Part shown: piece after piece, positions 41,927-51,268 of the stretch
Layout: each line of letters starts with the position of its first letter
Numbering within the stretch: the first letter of the stretch is position 1
Virus record (IMG/VR): IMGVR_UViG_3300040751_004835
Span: 1 to 64,000 of that record
DNA from: a virus
Direction: 5' to 3' (one strand)
DNA length: 64,000 nucleotides
Made by a program: the position numbers and the translations under genes
The notes under the pieces: generated by a model
Databases searched by the model: none
What the model was told of the DNA's origin: nothing
What the model saw: only the letters and a program-made list of their open reading frames with translations

Positions 41927-42172
41927 ATGAAGAAGTTCTCAGATTTAACCAAAATTAACGAAATGAAGTACGGTCAGCCAATGTACGGCGAGGATGACCT
42001 AAAGCAACATATGAAAGATCTTTTAGTCGCTGCATCTGGCAATGACCAGAGAGTGTTAAACGATATTGTTGATTGCTTAACTGATGATCAGATGAAAAAG
42101 TGCTATGACAAACTGATCAACGATTACAACTACACTGGAAAGAAAGGTGAGGTTGTAAAGCCTAATATGTAA
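41927..42172 (+). CDS. Small probable internal head protein
   Basis: N-terminal MKKFSDLTKINE propeptide-like motif; GATATATA at 41898-41905. Confidence 0.5.
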   Translation: MKKFSDLTKINEMKYGQPMYGEDDLKQHMKDLLVAASGNDQRVLNDIVDCLTDDQMKKCYDKLINDYNYTGKKGEVVKPNM

Positions 42173-42190
42173 ATCTAAATTCATTTAATT

Positions 42191-42219
42191 AAAGCCTTCC
42201 TATTTAGGAGGGCTTTTTT
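42191..42219 (+). terminator. Intrinsic terminator ending the structural module
   Basis: aaagccttccta-tt-taggagggcttt hairpin followed by a T-tract. Confidence 0.8.
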
Positions 42220-42257
42220 GTGTTGATATATAACTTGTATTCTTAAACACGTTCATT

Positions 42258-42929
42258 TTGAAAACACTAGTCGGAATAGATTTTTCCCTCAATTCACCAG
42301 CATTTTGTATTTTAAGAGAAAACCAATTTACTTGGGGTTCCCTAACTAGGAGCGACCGGACTGCGGAATCCCTTAAGAAAAATACTAAAAAACCTTACTA
42401 TGTTTTATCTGAAGACAAAACGGAAGACTATGTTCTTATGTTTATGTCAAAGGATAAAATGCCAGAAGACTACTCGGAAAGGGAAAGAATAAAGATAGAT
42501 TATTTCCAGGAGCTCGTTGATGAATTTTGGTCTGAAATAGAAAATATCTGTGCAGGTGATGACATCATTGTAGCTATGGAAGGACTAAGTTTTGCCTCTA
42601 ATGGTAATGCTTTGATTGATATCTCTATGGCCACAGCTCTACTCCGTAAGAAGATAGTTGACCACACAGGTAGCGATAATTTCTACGTTTATTCGCCAAC
42701 TTCTATAAAGAAGTTCGCTTTTAAGGGAAATGCAAAAAAGCACGAACTTTATAATTCACTTCTTGATCGCAAATTTCCAGAAACTAATTTAGGGTCTTTC
42801 ACTAGTATTTTAGAAGAAAATAAGGACGAATGGATAACTCCCTCCGGTAATGTAAACAAGCCATTGGATGATATTATAGATTCGACCTGGATATGTTTAT
42901 TTTTATATGACTCAATCAAAGAAGGTTAA
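42258..42929 (+). CDS. RuvC-like Holliday junction resolvase
   Basis: VGIDFSLNSPA, VAMEGLSF, PTSIKKFA..GNAKK and DDIIDS catalytic motifs. Confidence 0.8.
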   Translation: MKTLVGIDFSLNSPAFCILRENQFTWGSLTRSDRTAESLKKNTKKPYYVLSEDKTEDYVLMFMSKDKMPEDYSERERIKIDYFQELVDEFWSEIENICAGDDIIVAMEGLSFASNGNALIDISMATALLRKKIVDHTGSDNFYVYSPTSIKKFAFKGNAKKHELYNSLLDRKFPETNLGSFTSILEENKDEWITPSGNVNKPLDDIIDSTWICLFLYDSIKEG

Positions 42930-43638
42930 CATTCTTATTCCTCTCGGAGGTGCTGGAAGGAGATTCAGCGACGCTGGATACTTACAGATAAAGCCATTTA
43001 TAGACGTCAGCGGAGAAACGATGATTAGGTCTGTGATCAAAAACCTAAATCATCAAGATGCACACTTTGTATTTGTGATAAACGAGGAATATATTTCTCC
43101 CACAGAATTTGAATCCCATATATCAGACATGGGAATATCGTTTGAGGTTTTCTCAACCCCAACCCTAACACAAGGACCAGCTTCAACAGTTCTCTTTGCA
43201 AGTCAGTCGATTGATAACGATTTACCCCTTATTGTTGTTAACTGTGATCAGATTATTCTGGATTTCAATCTGGACTTCATTTTAGATTTTGCAAGAACTA
43301 CGGGGTGTGATGGATTGTTGGGATGTTTTCTTTCCTCTTCTAAAAAGAACAGCTATGTTAAGTTAGATCCAAACGGAGAGGTCTGTGATGTGAAGGAAAA
43401 AATTGTGATTTCCAACATTGCTACTAACGGGTTACATTTTTGGAAGCACGGCAAATACTTTGTAGAAAGTGCGGAACAAATGATAGCAGCAAACGATCGA
43501 TATAATAATGAGTTCTACGTTGCACCTACCTACAATTACATGATAAAAAGTGGAAAGAAAATATTGCCCTTCTTCTATAACCTTCACTTTCCGATAGGTA
43601 CCCCAGAGGACCTGGATAAATTTTTAAAGTTGGTTTAG
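42907..43638 (+). CDS. Sugar-phosphate nucleotidyltransferase (GT-A/NTP_transferase fold)
   Basis: ILIPLGGAGRRF..GY..IKPFIDV, TQGPAST, VVNCDQ, VKEK..ISNIATNG, NNEFYVAPTYN and IGTPEDL. Confidence 0.85.
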   Translation: MTQSKKVNILIPLGGAGRRFSDAGYLQIKPFIDVSGETMIRSVIKNLNHQDAHFVFVINEEYISPTEFESHISDMGISFEVFSTPTLTQGPASTVLFASQSIDNDLPLIVVNCDQIILDFNLDFILDFARTTGCDGLLGCFLSSSKKNSYVKLDPNGEVCDVKEKIVISNIATNGLHFWKHGKYFVESAEQMIAANDRYNNEFYVAPTYNYMIKSGKKILPFFYNLHFPIGTPEDLDKFLKLV

Positions 43639-43641
43639 TTT

Positions 43642-43965
43642 ATGGAAGTTTATAGAATTGAAGATATGGAGGGAGGTTGGTATGCTGGAGATTTCTCCCC
43701 AGTAGCTTACCAAACTAGTGATTTTGAGATTTGTTATAAAAAGCACTTCAAGGGCGAAGAGTGGCCAAAACATTACCATAAGGAAGCGGATGAAATAAAC
43801 TTCCTCAGATCGGGTAAAATGATTATACAAGGACGGGAATTAAATTCGGGGGATGTGTTTATTCTAAGGAAAGATGAAATTGCTGACCCCGTATTTTTGG
43901 AAGACTGTGAAGTTTTTATAGTTAAGACCCCCTCGGTTCCTGGTGATAAATTTGTAATTGAATGA
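43642..43965 (+). CDS. Cupin-fold protein
   Basis: HYHKEADEINFLRSGKMII..LNSGDVFIL cupin metal-binding motif. Confidence 0.75.
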   Translation: MEVYRIEDMEGGWYAGDFSPVAYQTSDFEICYKKHFKGEEWPKHYHKEADEINFLRSGKMIIQGRELNSGDVFILRKDEIADPVFLEDCEVFIVKTPSVPGDKFVIE

Positions 43966-45197
43966 TAAGCATTTTTAAAAATAAGGCGGATTTCGATACA
44001 TCCCAGTATTTTATAGTCAAATACTTTTTGGAAGCTAAAACTTCTTTGAGAGAAGCTTCCTGGAATTTGGCTATAGGTCAAAGTATAGGTAACCCGAATA
44101 ATAGGAGCGAGTGGGAAACCGATGAGATGTTTGAAAATCACAGTTGCTTTATTCTTGCAAACGAAGAAGATCTTGCCCAACTAAAAGAGGGCGAGATCGA
44201 GATAGCTTTTCCTCTAGCAAATCTTAATTTGGAAGAAGACGGGATCTCTCAAATACTTTGTCATATAGCTGGTGGTCAGGTTGACATAGAGGAAGTAAGA
44301 CAATGTCATGTCTTGGACATTTCTTTGCCTGAGGATGCTGAGAGATCATTTTCTTTAAATCCGGCCTATGGTATTGATGGATGGAGGAAATTTAATGGTA
44401 TAAACCAAAGACCTTTCTTAGGTGGAATAGTTAAACCTAAGGTTGGTATGTCTCCCTCTGTTCTTCTCGAAGCTGTGAAGGAAATGGTTTATGGTGGTGT
44501 GAATTTCATCAAAGAGGATGAATTACTTGCTAACCCTTCCCACTGCCCTCTTGAAGAAAGAGTACCTTTGATTTCATCCTGGTTAAAAGAGAATGCGCCC
44601 AACGTAATTTATTGCTTTTGCATAAATGGTGATAGTCCATATGCCTTAGAAAGAGCAAAATTTGTAGCAGATAACGGTGGGAACGGAATACACATAAACG
44701 TGTGGAGTGGACTGGGAATTTATCGTGCTATTAGAAAGCAAAATCCAAATCTCTGGATACATTTCCAAAAGAGCGGAGATAAATTCTTTACTGACCGTAG
44801 GGCGCCAAACCACATTTACTGGCCGGTTTTGTGCAAGATCGCTGGATGGTCTGGAGTCGATTCGATCCATGCAGGAATGATCGGCGGTTATATGAGCCAA
44901 GATGAGCAGGAAATAAAAGATACCTTACAAACCCTTTGGAATTATAACATTGTTCCTGCTTTAAGCTGTGGTATGCATCCAGGGCTTGTTGAGTATATTA
45001 ATACAACAATAGGAAGCTTCGATTGGATGGCAAACGTTGGTGGTGCTATGCATGGACACCCTCAGGGGACTAGGACTGGTGCCTTGGCAATGAGACAGTC
45101 TATCGATGGAGATCACGATCAACCTGAATATAAAGCAGCAATAGAAAAATGGGGTAACAAATGTTTCTCTGAAGATCTAGACTATCGAATATTCTGA
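43962..45197 (+). CDS. RuBisCO-like protein (form IV RLP)
   Basis: GGIVKPKVG (K175/K177), GGVNFIKEDE (K201/D203/E204), GVDSIHAG (H327), PALSCGMHPG (S379) and GGAMHGHPQG. 411 aa. Confidence 0.92.
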   Translation: MISIFKNKADFDTSQYFIVKYFLEAKTSLREASWNLAIGQSIGNPNNRSEWETDEMFENHSCFILANEEDLAQLKEGEIEIAFPLANLNLEEDGISQILCHIAGGQVDIEEVRQCHVLDISLPEDAERSFSLNPAYGIDGWRKFNGINQRPFLGGIVKPKVGMSPSVLLEAVKEMVYGGVNFIKEDELLANPSHCPLEERVPLISSWLKENAPNVIYCFCINGDSPYALERAKFVADNGGNGIHINVWSGLGIYRAIRKQNPNLWIHFQKSGDKFFTDRRAPNHIYWPVLCKIAGWSGVDSIHAGMIGGYMSQDEQEIKDTLQTLWNYNIVPALSCGMHPGLVEYINTTIGSFDWMANVGGAMHGHPQGTRTGALAMRQSIDGDHDQPEYKAAIEKWGNKCFSEDLDYRIF

Positions 45198-45198
45198 T

Positions 45199-45633
45199 AT
45201 GAAGCTAATATCACATAGAGGTAATTTAAAAGGTCCAAATCCGGATAGAGAAAATACGATTGACTATATACAGGAAGCTCTTGATCTGGGGTATGATGTG
45301 GAGATCGACGTTTGGATCTCCGGAGCATCAATCTATTTGGGACACGATTCTCCAGAAACCAAAATACATCTTGCTTGGCTTTTAGAAAGAGGGGATAAGT
45401 TATGGATACATTGTAAAAACATATCAGCTATGGTTTATCTGAAGGAATATGGAGATCTCAATGTTTTTTGGCACGAAAACGACAAGGTAACCCTTACCTC
45501 TAAATCTTTCATTTGGGCTTTTCCTGGGATGCAACCAATTAGCAAAAGCATTGCGGTTTTACCTGAGATGTACGAGGAGAAAGTTGATAGTTGTTGTGGT
45601 GTATGTTCTGATTATATTGTGAATTATTCATGA
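45199..45633 (+). CDS. Minimal GDPD/PLC-like phosphodiesterase-fold protein
   Basis: ISHRGN..ENT..ALDLGYDVEIDVW..LGHD..WIHCKN..GVCSD. Confidence 0.8.
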   Translation: MKLISHRGNLKGPNPDRENTIDYIQEALDLGYDVEIDVWISGASIYLGHDSPETKIHLAWLLERGDKLWIHCKNISAMVYLKEYGDLNVFWHENDKVTLTSKSFIWAFPGMQPISKSIAVLPEMYEEKVDSCCGVCSDYIVNYS

Positions 45634-46412
45634 GGATTGCCTTACTACTTCCTGGTCAAATAAGGGAAGCTCAGGATTCCTTCCCGTTTATCAAGTCAGA
45701 AATTTTAGATAAGTACGATACTGATGTTTTCATATCAACCTGGAATCCTTCCGGTGAAATCAACCAGTCTCTTCATGCTGAAACTAAGGACCTAGTGGAT
45801 TCCTTAACTATTGACGATCTTATAAAGATGTATTCACCTAAGCATTTGAAGACTGACGATTTTGGTTCTGCTGCGATTAAAAGGTTTATTGACAGAGCTT
45901 GGTCGTATGAAAAGTTTGGTCCACAGACTGGTGAGATCAACCCAGTGTCTGTTTTTTTGATGTGGTATAAAATTAGACAAGCTTTCTCCCTGATGGAAGA
46001 ATATGAAATCCAGGTAGGTCAAAAGTACGATTGCGTCATCAAGGGAAGAATGGATATTAAGATCCACAATGAATTGAATTTAGGACGGGACTTGGATAAG
46101 ATCAACGTCCCTCCTGGGTTTGATTGGAAGGGTGGAGTAAATGATATATTGGCTTGGGGTGGCAGAGAATCAATGGAACATTACTGCAAAATGTTCGACT
46201 ATCTGGAGGAGTATATTATATCCGATATTTACTTCCACCCTGAAACTTTACTAAGATATCACATAGAAAGTTCTGAATTTGGTTTATCTAGGCCGTTTGT
46301 CAAAGTTTCACTCCGAGGTAAGAATGTTTGGGAGACCGAAGTATCAGAAAACGAAATAGATGAAAAAAGTTTTGGATATATAATGTCTAGGGGAAACATT
46401 TGGGACACTTAG
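45630..46412 (+). CDS. Putative glycosyltransferase-like protein
   Basis: MRIALLLPGQIRE..DVFISTW..MWYKI..YDCVIKGRMD..NDILAWG..HPETLL, a pattern typical of GT-like genes in polysaccharide loci. Confidence 0.6.
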   Translation: MRIALLLPGQIREAQDSFPFIKSEILDKYDTDVFISTWNPSGEINQSLHAETKDLVDSLTIDDLIKMYSPKHLKTDDFGSAAIKRFIDRAWSYEKFGPQTGEINPVSVFLMWYKIRQAFSLMEEYEIQVGQKYDCVIKGRMDIKIHNELNLGRDLDKINVPPGFDWKGGVNDILAWGGRESMEHYCKMFDYLEEYIISDIYFHPETLLRYHIESSEFGLSRPFVKVSLRGKNVWETEVSENEIDEKSFGYIMSRGNIWDT

Positions 46413-46453
46413 AGATTAAATAAAGGATTTTAAAAAATAATTAAGAGAAAATC

Positions 46454-47407
46454 ATGAGTAATTTAGACATTTTTAATTTGGATGCGGAAGCATTCGTAAC
46501 GAAAGCAAAAAAGGAGAATTCAGAAGGAACAGAATTTTACAAACCATATCCGGAAAACGGAAAGGATGGAGTTTACAAATCGCTGATCCGTTTTCTTCCT
46601 AACCACGTCGATCCGACGAAATCAAAAATCCACAAGTACTACGTTTATCTAAACGATCCAACAACAGGTGATGGATTTCCAGTTGACTGTCCGTCAACGG
46701 TAGGAAAAAAATCGGTACTTAAGGATATGTTCTGGAAGCTGAAAAATTCACATTCAGCAGCAGACCAAGAATTATCAAGAAGTTTTTCTAGAAAGGAAGA
46801 CTACTACTCACTCATTCAAATCGTACAGGATAAACACAATCCTGAGCTTGAGGGAAAAATTATGATCTTCAAATTTGGACGTAAGCTGAATGATATGCTC
46901 GAAGCACAGCTCAAGCCTGAATATGGAGATTCTTGCAACCCTTACGACCTTTTCGAGGGTAAACTTTTCTCAGTACATACAAGAAAAGTTGGTGAGTGGA
47001 ACAACTACGATCTTTGCTCATTCGTTGGTGATAGAACCGCTATCGAGATCAACGGCAAGAAGATGGCTAAGAATCAGGATGACATGAATGCAATCATGGA
47101 ATACCTTAAAACAGGTCCTGATAACCTCACACAATTTGAATACAAGGATTGGGATCAAAATACTACCGACCGTGTGATGAATGTTATTAAGAATTCAGTT
47201 CCTGACGGAAGATTAGTTAATGAGGTTTTAGGAGGTGTAAACCAATCTTCTACTACAACTTCATCTTCTAGTTCAACGAACGATTTCTATAATGAAGCTT
47301 CTTCAACAAAGGTAGGATCCGAACCTGCAAAAGAGGATAAAGGCATCAGCCAACCTTCAGCACCAGAAACTTCATCGTCCCTAGACGACCTATACGCAGA
47401 TCTCTAA
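46454..47407 (+). CDS. Single-stranded DNA-binding protein (T4 gp32-like)
   Basis: IRFLP, CPSTVGK, GKIMIFKFG, NPYDLFEG, NNYDLCSF, and an acidic tail LDDLYADL. Confidence 0.85.
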   Translation: MSNLDIFNLDAEAFVTKAKKENSEGTEFYKPYPENGKDGVYKSLIRFLPNHVDPTKSKIHKYYVYLNDPTTGDGFPVDCPSTVGKKSVLKDMFWKLKNSHSAADQELSRSFSRKEDYYSLIQIVQDKHNPELEGKIMIFKFGRKLNDMLEAQLKPEYGDSCNPYDLFEGKLFSVHTRKVGEWNNYDLCSFVGDRTAIEINGKKMAKNQDDMNAIMEYLKTGPDNLTQFEYKDWDQNTTDRVMNVIKNSVPDGRLVNEVLGGVNQSSTTTSSSSSTNDFYNEASSTKVGSEPAKEDKGISQPSAPETSSSLDDLYADL

Positions 47408-47420
47408 ATCTATCTTGAAT

Positions 47421-47460
47421 GGGGGCTTGGCAATGAGAATTGCTGCCCCCTTTCTTTTTT
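47421..47460 (+). terminator. Probable intrinsic terminator after the ssb gene
   Basis: gggggc...gccccc stem (with inner gcaat/attgc) followed by tttctttttt. Confidence 0.65.
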
Positions 47461-47480
47461 AACTGTAAACTAGGATTAAT

Positions 47481-48542
47481 ATGGATTTGGGTAGAATTAG
47501 GGAACTTTTAGATGACATTTTAAGAAAAGAGTTTGCTGGAAATGCTGGCAAACAAAAGATATATGAGGCTGGTAATAGATTAAATATTTCTTGTCCATAT
47601 TGCGGAGATAGCTCAAATCCTCGTAAGAAGAGGGGAAATTTCTACGTTGACACACTCACATATAAATGCTACAATGGTGGTTGCGGGATTTATAAGGATG
47701 CTTTTTCGATGTTCAGGGATTTTCAGGTTGTATCAAAGCTTGACGGTGACGAAAAGAGGGATATCATTGACCTAATTAAGAAGGGTAAGGAAAAGAGACA
47801 AACCACTTATGGCGACGTAGACATTTCTTTGTTTTTCGATACTGATTTCAAATCCGTAGTTATTCCAAGGGAGAGATTCATGCAAGAAATGGGACTCCAG
47901 GAGGTTAAGGGCTCTAAGATGGAAAACTATTTGATACGTAGAAACCAGCAATCCGATGACAAGTTTGCCTGGGATCCTGAAACTGGTAAACTTTACCTTT
48001 TCAATCTATCCAAGGATAATGAGATACTTGGTTTACAATTTAGAAATATGGATTCCACATATGGTTCCAAATATTACACATATAAACTAAGTGGAATATG
48101 GGAAAAGCTTCTTAAGACGGACGATCAAAATTTGATAGAAGAGGCAAAAAAGATAGATCCAGTATCATTTGTTTTTAATGTGGGGCGGATTTCTTTTGAC
48201 CGAACCATCACAATCTTCGAGGGTCCAATGGATTCATGGCTCTGGAAAAATTCGGTTGCACTTTGCTCTATAGAAAACAAATTTCCGTTTGATGTTGAAA
48301 ATGTACAATACTGGTATGATTGGGATAATGCGGGAAGGCAGAAACACTCTGAACTCTTATCTGCTGGTAAAAAAGTGTTTAATTGGAAGAAGTTTTTAAC
48401 AGATCACGAACTTCCGATAAATAGGAAATGGGACTTAAATGACCTTGTAAATTTTCTTCGTGCGAAGAGAATAAAAATAAGGAGATTGGATAACTACTTT
48501 ACTGAGGAAATACTTGATTTATCCGATTTCATATATGCTTGA
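47481..48542 (+). CDS. DNA primase (T4 gp61-like)
   Basis: Zn finger CPYCGDS..YKCYNGGC; TOPRIM FEGPMDS..YDWDNAG..WDLND. Confidence 0.85.
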   Translation: MDLGRIRELLDDILRKEFAGNAGKQKIYEAGNRLNISCPYCGDSSNPRKKRGNFYVDTLTYKCYNGGCGIYKDAFSMFRDFQVVSKLDGDEKRDIIDLIKKGKEKRQTTYGDVDISLFFDTDFKSVVIPRERFMQEMGLQEVKGSKMENYLIRRNQQSDDKFAWDPETGKLYLFNLSKDNEILGLQFRNMDSTYGSKYYTYKLSGIWEKLLKTDDQNLIEEAKKIDPVSFVFNVGRISFDRTITIFEGPMDSWLWKNSVALCSIENKFPFDVENVQYWYDWDNAGRQKHSELLSAGKKVFNWKKFLTDHELPINRKWDLNDLVNFLRAKRIKIRRLDNYFTEEILDLSDFIYA

Positions 48543-48762
48543 GATGCCAACTATAGATCAAACCCAGGAATGGGAGGAGAGCTTAAATTCAGAAGAGGGG
48601 GACGTAAAATTTCCAGTATCTTTTCTTGATAGATTTAATGAAGAAGATATTAAGGTAGAGGCCTCCAATATTGATATAGGAACACCAAGACTCAAGAAAT
48701 CCTCAGTAAAGGAAATAAAGTTAGGCAAAAAGACTAAAAACAAAGGCAACGAATTATTCTAA
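48535..48762 (+). CDS. Hypothetical protein
   Basis: Fills the gap between primase and UvsY; the ATG at 48535 is more likely than the TTG at 48514. Confidence 0.5.
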   Translation: MLEMPTIDQTQEWEESLNSEEGDVKFPVSFLDRFNEEDIKVEASNIDIGTPRLKKSSVKEIKLGKKTKNKGNELF

Positions 48763-48763
48763 T

Positions 48764-49210
48764 ATGTCAGAGCAACAAAAAATTGATTATGGTAAGCTTT
48801 TTGAAACTGAAAGAGCTGAATGGAAAGAAAAAATCCAAGTAATATCACTGAGCTTAAAAAGCATTAGGACCGTTGCTGAAGCACAGGTAGAGTTGTTTTC
48901 TAATAGACAAATACTGTTAGAATATAGCTACAAACTAGCTCAGATTGTCAGCAAACTTGCTACAAAGGAAAGAAAGTTGAGGGCTTCAAAACTAAGAGAT
49001 TATACTGTAAACAGTGATGTGAGATATGGATCAAACGAGACCAAATTACTTATAGAGGGAGATGTTGCAGACGTTGTGGAAAAAATACAGCTAGTTGAGG
49101 GACACCGCAAATTCATCGACCAAACAATTCAGACTGTTGATCATATGCTCTATGGTATAAAATCTAGGATTGCGCTTGAAGAATATTTGAGGGCGAGCAC
49201 GATAAAATAA
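48764..49210 (+). CDS. uvsY: Recombination mediator UvsY-like
   Basis: Helical 148-aa protein immediately upstream of UvsW; ..LIEGD..V..I..YGIKSRIALEEY resembles the UvsY C-terminus. Confidence 0.55.
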   Translation: MSEQQKIDYGKLFETERAEWKEKIQVISLSLKSIRTVAEAQVELFSNRQILLEYSYKLAQIVSKLATKERKLRASKLRDYTVNSDVRYGSNETKLLIEGDVADVVEKIQLVEGHRKFIDQTIQTVDHMLYGIKSRIALEEYLRASTIK

Positions 49211-49219
49211 AATAGGTGG

Positions 49220-50743
49220 ATGATTAAGTTTAATGTATCCGAAGATCAACAATGGCTAATACTCGCTCAATCTAATGATGAGATAGAAAAAAGGCAAATT
49301 GAGATCTCTCTAACCAAGAAAATACACAACTGGTATTTTCACCCATTGGTTAAGAAGAAGATCTGGGACGGTAATATTTGCTTTATAGAAAAGAAAGGTG
49401 CCTTTTGGAAGGTTCCTATTGGTCTCTGGAGGGAGGTCCTAGAAATAGGAAAAGAGTTTAATATAGAAATTGACATTGAGGGTCTTGATAAGATAATACT
49501 CAGTGACTTAACTCTGGAGGAATTCCAGGAATGGGTGGATGGATTTTTTGGCGACAAAGAAATTACCCCGCGTGATTATCAGGTTGAAGCTGCATGGAAA
49601 ATTGTAAAATACAGGTATTCGGTATCTGAGATTGCTACATCTTCTGGTAAGACCCTTATATCTTTCATGATTTTTGCTTTTCTTAAGCAGAGGGGACTTA
49701 TTAGAAAGTTCTTAATGATTGTACCAAACACTAACCTAGTCTTCCAAGGAAATGATGACTTTATAGACTATGGTATTGGTGAACTGGGGGTAAGAATTCA
49801 ACAAATCGGAGGGGGTAGTAAACTTAGAGATGGGTGTGACCTTATTATAGGTACTTTCCAATCATTGGTTAAGAAAGACGAAGATTTCTTTGAGGAGATT
49901 GATGCAGTTTTTGTTGACGAGGCTCATCACACCAACTCAATGTCTATTAAGAAGATTGTTGCTAAATGTATGCACAGTAAGTGGAGATTTGGTTTAACTG
50001 GGACTCTTACTAAAAGGGGATCAGCTGACCATTTAACCATACAGCAATTCTTGGGTCCTGTTGTCGTTGAAATTTCCCCAGATTTCCTTTTCAAAAATAA
50101 ACATGCAACACCAGTTCACATCAAGGTAGTACGGATGAATTGGCTGGATGATGAGATTAAGGGAAAGCTAGCAGATTTAAAAGCTAATTCACAAAATCTT
50201 GAGGGCAATGAACTTTATAACCTTGAAAGGAAGCTTGTAATAGAAAGTGAGAAGAGGCTTAACTATGTCGTTGAATTCATATCTAAAACATCTAAGAATT
50301 CCTTAGTGCTATTCCAATCCGTAAAAGACGAATACGGTAAGCAAATCTGGAATATGCTCAGAGAGATAACCAACGATAAAGAGGTATTTTATGTTGATGG
50401 TGATACCGACGAATCCCTCAGGGAGGAATATAAGTCTAGGATGGCCAATGGAGAAAATAAAATCTTGGTTGCAACCTATGGAACTTTCTCTACTGGTATC
50501 TCAATCAACAACCTTCACAACATTTTCTTAGTTGAATCTTATAAGAGCGAGGTCCTGATTAAGCAGAGCCTTGGTAGGGGGATGAGAAAAATGGATGGGA
50601 AGGATAAGGTTAATGTGATTGACTTTGTGGATGATTTTTCTTCCCCAAGATATAAGAATTACCTCCTCAAACACAGCGAAGCAAGGATCGAGATCTACAA
50701 GAACGAAAAGTTCAAGTACAAGATCTTTAATGTTAATCTCTAA
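49220..50743 (+). CDS. uvsW: UvsW-like SF2 DNA helicase
   Basis: WDGNI, PRDYQ, ATSSGKT, VDEAH, GLTGT, ATYGTFSTGISI and QSLGRGMR. Confidence 0.9.
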   Translation: MIKFNVSEDQQWLILAQSNDEIEKRQIEISLTKKIHNWYFHPLVKKKIWDGNICFIEKKGAFWKVPIGLWREVLEIGKEFNIEIDIEGLDKIILSDLTLEEFQEWVDGFFGDKEITPRDYQVEAAWKIVKYRYSVSEIATSSGKTLISFMIFAFLKQRGLIRKFLMIVPNTNLVFQGNDDFIDYGIGELGVRIQQIGGGSKLRDGCDLIIGTFQSLVKKDEDFFEEIDAVFVDEAHHTNSMSIKKIVAKCMHSKWRFGLTGTLTKRGSADHLTIQQFLGPVVVEISPDFLFKNKHATPVHIKVVRMNWLDDEIKGKLADLKANSQNLEGNELYNLERKLVIESEKRLNYVVEFISKTSKNSLVLFQSVKDEYGKQIWNMLREITNDKEVFYVDGDTDESLREEYKSRMANGENKILVATYGTFSTGISINNLHNIFLVESYKSEVLIKQSLGRGMRKMDGKDKVNVIDFVDDFSSPRYKNYLLKHSEARIEIYKNEKFKYKIFNVNL

Positions 50744-50767
50744 TCATTTGTCCGATATATAGGATAA

Positions 50768-51268
50768 ATGAGGAAGATAATGGATAACATAAAAGATTTT
50801 CAAAGTTTTCTCAACGAGAATGTTGAAAGAAGAGAACCATATTCTGCTACTGAGTGGATTAAGCAGAAAAGGAGAAGCATAGAGGCAGAAACCGGCGCTG
50901 AGAAAATCTATCAAATGACTTATGATGAAGGCGGGGCTTTACAGAGACTTGTAAGAGGCGCTGTAGAGGGACTGCAAAAATTGGGTCAGGGAATTGCTGA
51001 TCTATTTGATTCTGGTAAGGCAGCAAGCATGGATGTTGAGGATCTAAGTAAAAACAAAGACCAGGTGTTATCCAGATGGGGAGATTCAATTAAAGCCTCT
51101 GGAAAAAACAAAAGGGGTGAATATGAGACTTTCTATAGAGATGCTATCCGAAAGGGTAAGTCGACTTTTGGTAAAGACTTTGATATAAACAACCCACAAG
51201 GAAGAGATCAACAGCTTTACAAGGATTACGTCTTTTCTGCCACAGACTATTTTGATTTAGAAAAATGA
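50768..51268 (+). CDS. Probable internal head protein
   Basis: IKDFQSFLNE N-terminal motif; GATATATA at 50754-50761. Confidence 0.5.
   Translation: MRKIMDNIKDFQSFLNENVERREPYSATEWIKQKRRSIEAETGAEKIYQMTYDEGGALQRLVRGAVEGLQKLGQGIADLFDSGKAASMDVEDLSKNKDQVLSRWGDSIKASGKNKRGEYETFYRDAIRKGKSTFGKDFDINNPQGRDQQLYKDYVFSATDYFDLEK

Noticed and set aside
43962-45197. Bona fide CO2-fixing RuBisCO (rbcL) as an auxiliary metabolic gene
   Set aside because: K334, H294, N123 and E60 equivalents appear substituted, and there is no small subunit or phosphoribulokinase nearby. It is an RLP.
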